From an uncultured Nitrospirota bacterium (GTDB lineage Bacteria > Nitrospirota > Nitrospiria > 2-01-FULL-66-17), in assembly GCA_964570625.1 (NCBI GenBank), contig CAZMYW010000006.1, positions 420 through 64,419 of the forward strand: 64,000 nt of DNA. Direction: 5' to 3'. The notes under the pieces are model-generated. The model worked only from the letters and a program-made list of their open reading frames with translations, was not told the DNA's origin and ran no database searches. Both the position numbers and the translations under genes were made by a program. Below are positions 58,943-64,000 of the stretch, in pieces (position 1 is the first letter of the stretch; each line of letters starts with the position of its first letter).

Positions 58943-60860
58943 AGACCGGATGTGAGGAGGACAACGCGGGGTTCTCGCCGGTCGCCAACAGGAATCGGCG
59001 TCCCTGTCCACGGAGACGTCGCTCCACCTGAGCCACCGCCGCTTCGAATCCCCGTTGATCAGAAGGAGACAGACCAGCCGGATCGACCCGGAGCCCGCCC
59101 CACCCTTCACCCTGCACCCGGGCGACCACATCGGCGGCCCACCCGGCCGGCCTCCGGGGCCCCTCACCCGACGAGCCCACCGGCTCGGCCTCGTCCCTCG
59201 GCAGGAGACGAATGGTGGGCACCAACTCCCACCCGTAACGATGGGAGAGGATCGAGAACAGCTCCCGATCGAAGCCGACCTCGTGCAGGTCGTCTCCGGC
59301 GACCACCGCTGCCAGAGGAGAGACTGCCGCAATGGAGCGCGCGTCGCGGATCAGGGCCTGCACCTCCGCCTGCGTGGGCCGCGCGCTCACAACGCGGACG
59401 TCGAAGGGATACCGGGACAGAGTCAAACGAGCCAATCGGACCTGCGCCACCGGCTCGGTTCGCCAACCCACCACGCCGACGTTTCCCCGCCACGCGCCGG
59501 GCAGGTACACCGGACGGTCGGCCAGAGGGCGCCCGTCCCACTCCGCCCACACGCCTGAACCCCGTTTGACCAATGTGAGATGGTGCCATGCGTGCGGTTC
59601 GATGCCACCCGGGAATGTGGCGAGCGTCTCGCTCACGGTCCCCCACTCAAGCCGCTGGAGGTAGACCGCCCGATCGTGGCCGCCCCAACGCCACGCCTCG
59701 CCGGGACGCGTCGTCGACTCTTGAACGATCCACACTTCGGTCCCGTCGGTCCGGACATCGGCTTCGAGGACCCAGTCGCTGGTCCACTGGCTCCCGGGCA
59801 GCCACACGTCGACTCGCGGGGTACCCGTCATGATCAGCTCCTCGTTTTCCACGCGGGCCAGACCGGCTCCGGACGCCCACGCGGAGAAACCGACCCCGTC
59901 GGGGGACTTGGCCGGGGGATCGCTCAGGGCCGCGTGGACGCGTCGCATCAAGAGGTCACGGGACCAGGTTGGATCGACTCGGAGCCGTTTGAGGCGATGC
60001 GGATCGGACTCCCGGTCATTGACTCCGAACCGGTCGTCGACGAACCCGAGCGAGTACCCGGCGGTCATCGCGTCGTGATTGACCTGATAGACGTCGCGCC
60101 CGCCGGCTGCGCCCGAGAAGCCGATCCGCGACGCGCACGCAAGCACTTGGTAAGCCCGCAGGTGGGATTCGATCACCTGTTTACTCTCCTCGTAGTCCCG
60201 GCGCACGCGCGCCGTGAACTCCTCCCACGTCTCCACGCGTCCTGCCTCGGCGAGCCATTTTCGATCGGCCAGAAACGACCCCGCGGCGCCTCGATCATCG
60301 ATCAGGATCGGATCGTGACTGAGATGACCCTGCGCGCCGATCTCCCACACCCCGCTGTCCACCATGCGCTGGGTGCGATCCCAATAGATGAAAGCAGGGT
60401 CGCGGCGCACCTGGCGATTGCTCACCAGGAACATCACGGCCCGCCACCCCATGTTGCGAAGGACGGGATCCGCCGCGGCGTACGTATCCAGGTAGCCGAA
60501 GTCGAACGTCAGGAGGATGGGCTTGGACGGGAGTGGCTGCCCCCGGTGATAGAAGGCGGCCAGTTCGCGTAACGTGATCGGCTGAAACCCTTCACGACGG
60601 AGGCTTTCCAGGTGCTCACGCAGGATGGCTGGGTCGAGATGGCTGTCCGCTCCTCGATCGCTGACGCGGTCGAAAGCCAGCACCACGATCCGTGGATCGG
60701 TGGACCGGGCCGCGGCGGGGTCCGGAGGCGGTACCGCGGCATGGTGCAACCCCCAATAACCGCCGGCGACGGACACTATCGTCGCCACGAACAGGACCAG
60801 CCACGCGCGACGATCCTCTTTGAATGTCCGCGCCGAGTGCGGTGTGGTTTGGTCGGACAC
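58929..60860 (-). CDS. PgaB-like polysaccharide deacetylase (CE4 domain with variant TFDFG motif) plus C-terminal GH-like domain, membrane-anchored
   Basis: N-terminal TM helix is present. The CE4 region has LLTFDFGYLDTY and HGHLSHD. The GTG start lies 3 nt after the stop of the upstream GT2 gene. Confidence 0.65.
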   Translation of the reverse strand: MSDQTTPHSARTFKEDRRAWLVLFVATIVSVAGGYWGLHHAAVPPPDPAAARSTDPRIVVLAFDRVSDRGADSHLDPAILREHLESLRREGFQPITLRELAAFYHRGQPLPSKPILLTFDFGYLDTYAAADPVLRNMGWRAVMFLVSNRQVRRDPAFIYWDRTQRMVDSGVWEIGAQGHLSHDPILIDDRGAAGSFLADRKWLAEAGRVETWEEFTARVRRDYEESKQVIESHLRAYQVLACASRIGFSGAAGGRDVYQVNHDAMTAGYSLGFVDDRFGVNDRESDPHRLKRLRVDPTWSRDLLMRRVHAALSDPPAKSPDGVGFSAWASGAGLARVENEELIMTGTPRVDVWLPGSQWTSDWVLEADVRTDGTEVWIVQESTTRPGEAWRWGGHDRAVYLQRLEWGTVSETLATFPGGIEPHAWHHLTLVKRGSGVWAEWDGRPLADRPVYLPGAWRGNVGVVGWRTEPVAQVRLARLTLSRYPFDVRVVSARPTQAEVQALIRDARSIAAVSPLAAVVAGDDLHEVGFDRELFSILSHRYGWELVPTIRLLPRDEAEPVGSSGEGPRRPAGWAADVVARVQGEGWGGLRVDPAGLSPSDQRGFEAAVAQVERRLRGQGRRFLLATGENPALSSSHPVYASR

Positions 60861-60863
60861 GGC

Positions 60864-62729
60864 TCAGCGGGTTCCCCAGTGGTTCCTGCGGACCGTACAC
60901 ATCGCGTAGTAGGTTTGCCACACGAGGATCAGCATGTAGAACGCGCTGAAGAGGATGCCGTAGACCCACAGGCCGTTTCGGTATCGCGCCAGATAACACA
61001 GGCCGTACAAGGTAGCCATCAGGATCGATCCATAGATGTAGATGAGGGACAGGCTCCCGTACCCCAGAAGGGGCAATACCAGGGCGTTGAACACGATCAG
61101 CGGAGAGACGATGGGAAACGTGACCCCGAGGTAAAAGAAGAAGGCGGCGAACGGGTGTCGTCGCCAGATGAACAGGCTGGCCAGGAGGCTCTCGCGGATC
61201 CAGGATTTCTTCCACCGAAGCTGCTGTCGGAAGAATTTCATGTAGGTTTCAGGCACGATGGTGGTGCAGACCGCTTCGGAATGATAGATCACGCGGTGGC
61301 GCCGCAGCATGAAATTGGTCAGACTGCGATCATCGCCGAAGGTCGCCGGCGTGCCGAGAAACGTTTGATGGAGCCACGGGTCGAGCACCTCCAGCACGTA
61401 GCGCCGGCGGTATGCCGCGAGACAGCCGGAACAACACGAGACGGTGGAAAACAAGGACTCGGCGGCCTTGATGACCCGAAACGCGATGAAATAGCGGACC
61501 TCCTGCATTTTGGTCAGGAGGTTCTTGCGGGCGTTGGCCACGTTGGCGTGACCGCAGACCGCCCCGACCGCGGGATCCCCGAACCCCTGCGCCATCTTGC
61601 GGATGGCGTCCCGCCGGACGAAGCTGTCAGAATCGATGTAGACGAGGATCTCTCCGCTCGCTGTTTGGGCTCCAGCCGCCATGCCGTGGCGCTTTCCGCG
61701 GTTCTTTTCAAAGTGGATGACCTTCAATCCCGGGTGGCGGTCCCGCGCGCGTTCCATCTCTTTCAGCGTGGTATCGGTGGAGCCGTCGTCCACCGCGATG
61801 ATTTCGAGGCGGTCGGCGGGATAGTAGGACTGGGCGATACAGTCGATCGTCCGCCCGATCGAATCCTCTTCGTTCTTACAAACGATGATCGCGCTGACCG
61901 ATGGCAGGTACCCGGCGTCCGGAGGCGGCCGATAGAAGGACGCGAGCACGAAGCGGGACAGGATATAGAAGGAAATCATCACGCTGCAGGTATTGACCAG
62001 GGGGTGGTACCAGAAGTAGTAGAGGTTGAAGCTCTTGAGATAGGCCACGTTGGCGCAGGCCGCGATGAACAGTCCCAGGGCGAGCCAGGGGATCCACCAC
62101 TCCAGCAGATTGAGACCCCACGACTTGCGATCGACCGTGAACGCGAGACCGGAAAAAAAACCATCGCGGTCTCTGGCCGCCTCGTCCGGGGCCGCTTCAC
62201 TCACGACCCGCCCCCAGATCCACCGATTCGTGGGAAGGTTGGCTGGAACCTGACAGCGCTGAGCCGCGGTCGGCTCTACTCTGAGATGAACCCATTCTCC
62301 GATGTCGAGGGGCCGGGACGAGTGGAGACAGCCCCCGCGGACGTTCCAGTCGGTCAGCACCGTGGTTCCACCCCTCCGAAGGCCGAATCGGTGTATTCGG
62401 GTATACCGCGCGGGTAGGGGCATCTTCGACCGCGGGGTTACGCGTTGCGCCGAAAACCCGTGGGGTGCCGGAGCGCCCCCTGGGGTAGGGCGACTCGATC
62501 CTACAGTGGACGTTGCCGAGATCATGGCCAACCTTTCAGATGGTGGGAGAGTCCGATGCGTGATTACAGGTCCTGCTGGATCGAAGCAACACCCGTGCCC
62601 GGCGCTTTGCGGTGGCCGACCCGGCCACAACTGCTCAAAACGCACAGAACACGCGGTTCCGAAGTGTGTCTCTGGTCCAGTGGTCGAGATTCGTAATGTC
62701 GAGATCGTAACCAGGAAAGCGCCCGCCAA
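60864..62729 (-). CDS. PilZ-domain-fused processive GT2 synthase (PgaC/HAS/BcsA-like, QQLRW)
   Basis: N-terminal RYTRIHR...(13 aa)...DWNVRGG parallels the PilZ RxxxR/DxSxxG motifs. GT2 motifs are present (AVDDGSTDT, YIDSDS, GDDRSLT, QQLRWKKSW), with TM helices at both ends. The alternative start is ATG 62423. Confidence 0.75.
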   Translation of the reverse strand: MAGAFLVTISTLRISTTGPETHFGTACSVRFEQLWPGRPPQSAGHGCCFDPAGPVITHRTLPPSERLAMISATSTVGSSRPTPGGAPAPHGFSAQRVTPRSKMPLPARYTRIHRFGLRRGGTTVLTDWNVRGGCLHSSRPLDIGEWVHLRVEPTAAQRCQVPANLPTNRWIWGRVVSEAAPDEAARDRDGFFSGLAFTVDRKSWGLNLLEWWIPWLALGLFIAACANVAYLKSFNLYYFWYHPLVNTCSVMISFYILSRFVLASFYRPPPDAGYLPSVSAIIVCKNEEDSIGRTIDCIAQSYYPADRLEIIAVDDGSTDTTLKEMERARDRHPGLKVIHFEKNRGKRHGMAAGAQTASGEILVYIDSDSFVRRDAIRKMAQGFGDPAVGAVCGHANVANARKNLLTKMQEVRYFIAFRVIKAAESLFSTVSCCSGCLAAYRRRYVLEVLDPWLHQTFLGTPATFGDDRSLTNFMLRRHRVIYHSEAVCTTIVPETYMKFFRQQLRWKKSWIRESLLASLFIWRRHPFAAFFFYLGVTFPIVSPLIVFNALVLPLLGYGSLSLIYIYGSILMATLYGLCYLARYRNGLWVYGILFSAFYMLILVWQTYYAMCTVRRNHWGTR

Positions 62730-63302
62730 AGTTCCGGCAGAGTGACGACCGCCGCGTTACCCACAGAGCCGGTGCCGGGCGTATAAAAAAACTACGGGTC
62801 GCGCCACTCCCCCATGGATGGCGCGACCCACTGCTGGGCCGTGGGGGTGGGCGGACACGGCCAGCGGTCGATAGTCGCAATGTGGCTCGCACACGACGCG
62901 CGAGCCGGCGGGTTATGGTTGCTCGTCCCTCATCACGTCGTTCAAGGTATCAATGTCCCAACATCCACGGCCGGATGCCACGACCCACGCGTGAGCCGTG
63001 GCGGTGGGACGCCCCGGGTAACGTCTCCGCGCGCGGCGCGTGACTGCTGCACTCGTTGATGGCGCGCGCCCTCCGAGTGGCGGCAAACACTATGGAGCAC
63101 GCAGGCGCAGTCGCCACGATCCGGGGCGAGAGCACCCGACATTCCGGGCAGGGCGGCGCGGATACTGAACCATCGGCTTGAAGTCGGAAAACACGCCGCA
63201 TGCGATGCCGTCGGTCGCAGCGCCTTGTCGAACGGCGTCGGTGATTCGTACAATGGGGCGTCGCCGTGACGCGGGGCTTACCCTGTTTTAGAAAGGACGC
63301 GT

Positions 63303-63764
63303 ATGCCGAAGACTCAGGCCAAGCAGTTTGACGTCAAGACCATCTTGGTTCCCACCGACTTCTCGGCCGGCGCGCAGACCGCGATGGATCACGCCACGGT
63401 GCTGGCCAAGTCGTTCAACGCCAAGATCATCGTGCTCCACGTAATCGAGACCTTCACGTATACAATGACGGAAGCGCTTCAAGTGGTGAACGTGTACGAG
63501 CTGGTCAAGACCGCGGTGGAACCGGTGCTGGACCAGACCGTGCAAGACCTCGGGGAACAAGACGTCACCGCATCACGCGTTCTGGTCCAGGGCAAGGCGG
63601 ATCAGGAGATCGTGGCCCAGGCCAAGGCAGCCGGCGCCGACCTGATCGTCATGGGTACACACGGCCGACGCGGCGTCAGCCACGCCTTCACGGGCAGCGT
63701 GGCCGAGCGCGTGGTGCGTACAGCGCCCTGCCAGGTACTGACCGTGCGGACGCCCGACAAGTGA
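63303..63764 (+). CDS. uspA: Universal stress protein
   Basis: ILVPTDFS...ADLIVMGTHGRRGVSHAFTGSVAERVV matches the family. Confidence 0.85.
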   Translation: MPKTQAKQFDVKTILVPTDFSAGAQTAMDHATVLAKSFNAKIIVLHVIETFTYTMTEALQVVNVYELVKTAVEPVLDQTVQDLGEQDVTASRVLVQGKADQEIVAQAKAAGADLIVMGTHGRRGVSHAFTGSVAERVVRTAPCQVLTVRTPDK

Positions 63765-63778
63765 AAGGCCGCTCCGGC

Positions 63779-64000
63779 ATGACAATCGCGGCCGCGCTGG
63801 ATTTGAACAGATCTTTCCCCCGCAGCCCCAAGGAACAACTCGGCCCGTACGCGCACCTGGGCCGAATGATCGACAAGGCCCGCGCCAAAGCTGCGGGCAC
63901 CATCGGGGAGTACATTTACCCCTGTCCGCTGGATCGACTGTTGTTGGATTTCTTGGCCATCGACAGCGAGGCGCTCTTGGCTGTCGCGAAGGATCTGCCC
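63779..64000 (+). CDS. Hypothetical protein, 3' end truncated by the window edge
   Basis: ATG at 63779 opens a frame that runs to the end of the window. Confidence 0.35.
   Translation, partial: MTIAAALDLNRSFPRSPKEQLGPYAHLGRMIDKARAKAAGTIGEYIYPCPLDRLLLDFLAIDSEALLAVAKDLP

Overview
This is a high-GC (about 65%) bacterial chromosomal segment that runs from housekeeping genes into a mosaic accessory region. No tRNA, rRNA, CRISPR array, integrase or transposase was detected.

Housekeeping content includes hemL, pepN, thiL, lon with hsp20, galU, coaE, mtgA, pgi, ubiE, dut, tag, nfuA and uspA.

The dominant theme is c-di-GMP signalling coupled to exopolysaccharide production:
- Two tandem paralogous PAS-GGDEF-EAL proteins; the first has a degenerate GGDEF motif.
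- An orphan GspE/PilB-type ATPase with an MshEN-like N-terminus and a C-terminal Cys-rich zinc-ribbon tail.
- A GAF-GGDEF gene inactivated by an internal deletion and frameshift.
- Two separate PilZ-gated polysaccharide synthase loci with unusual domain fusions. One is a single 1146-aa protein combining a GH8 BcsZ-like glucanase, a BcsA-like GT2 and two PilZ domains, followed by a TPR/beta-barrel exporter. The other is a three-gene PNAG-like operon: a PilZ-GT2 synthase, a PgaB-like deacetylase, and a 1.3-kDa-scale TPR/CE4-deacetylase/beta-barrel fusion.

The first synthase locus lies in a ~5.4-kb insert flanked by a diverged ~200-bp direct duplication of the 3' end of an alcohol-dehydrogenase gene. 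It is immediately followed by a candidate defence or repair module: an SNF2 helicase with a novel Cys-rich tandem-repeat C-terminal domain, plus a RecB-like PD-(D/E)xK nuclease with an RNase-H-like domain. A brnT/brnA toxin-antitoxin pair sits just upstream of the island.

A ~125-bp structured intergenic repeat occurs three times in the same orientation.
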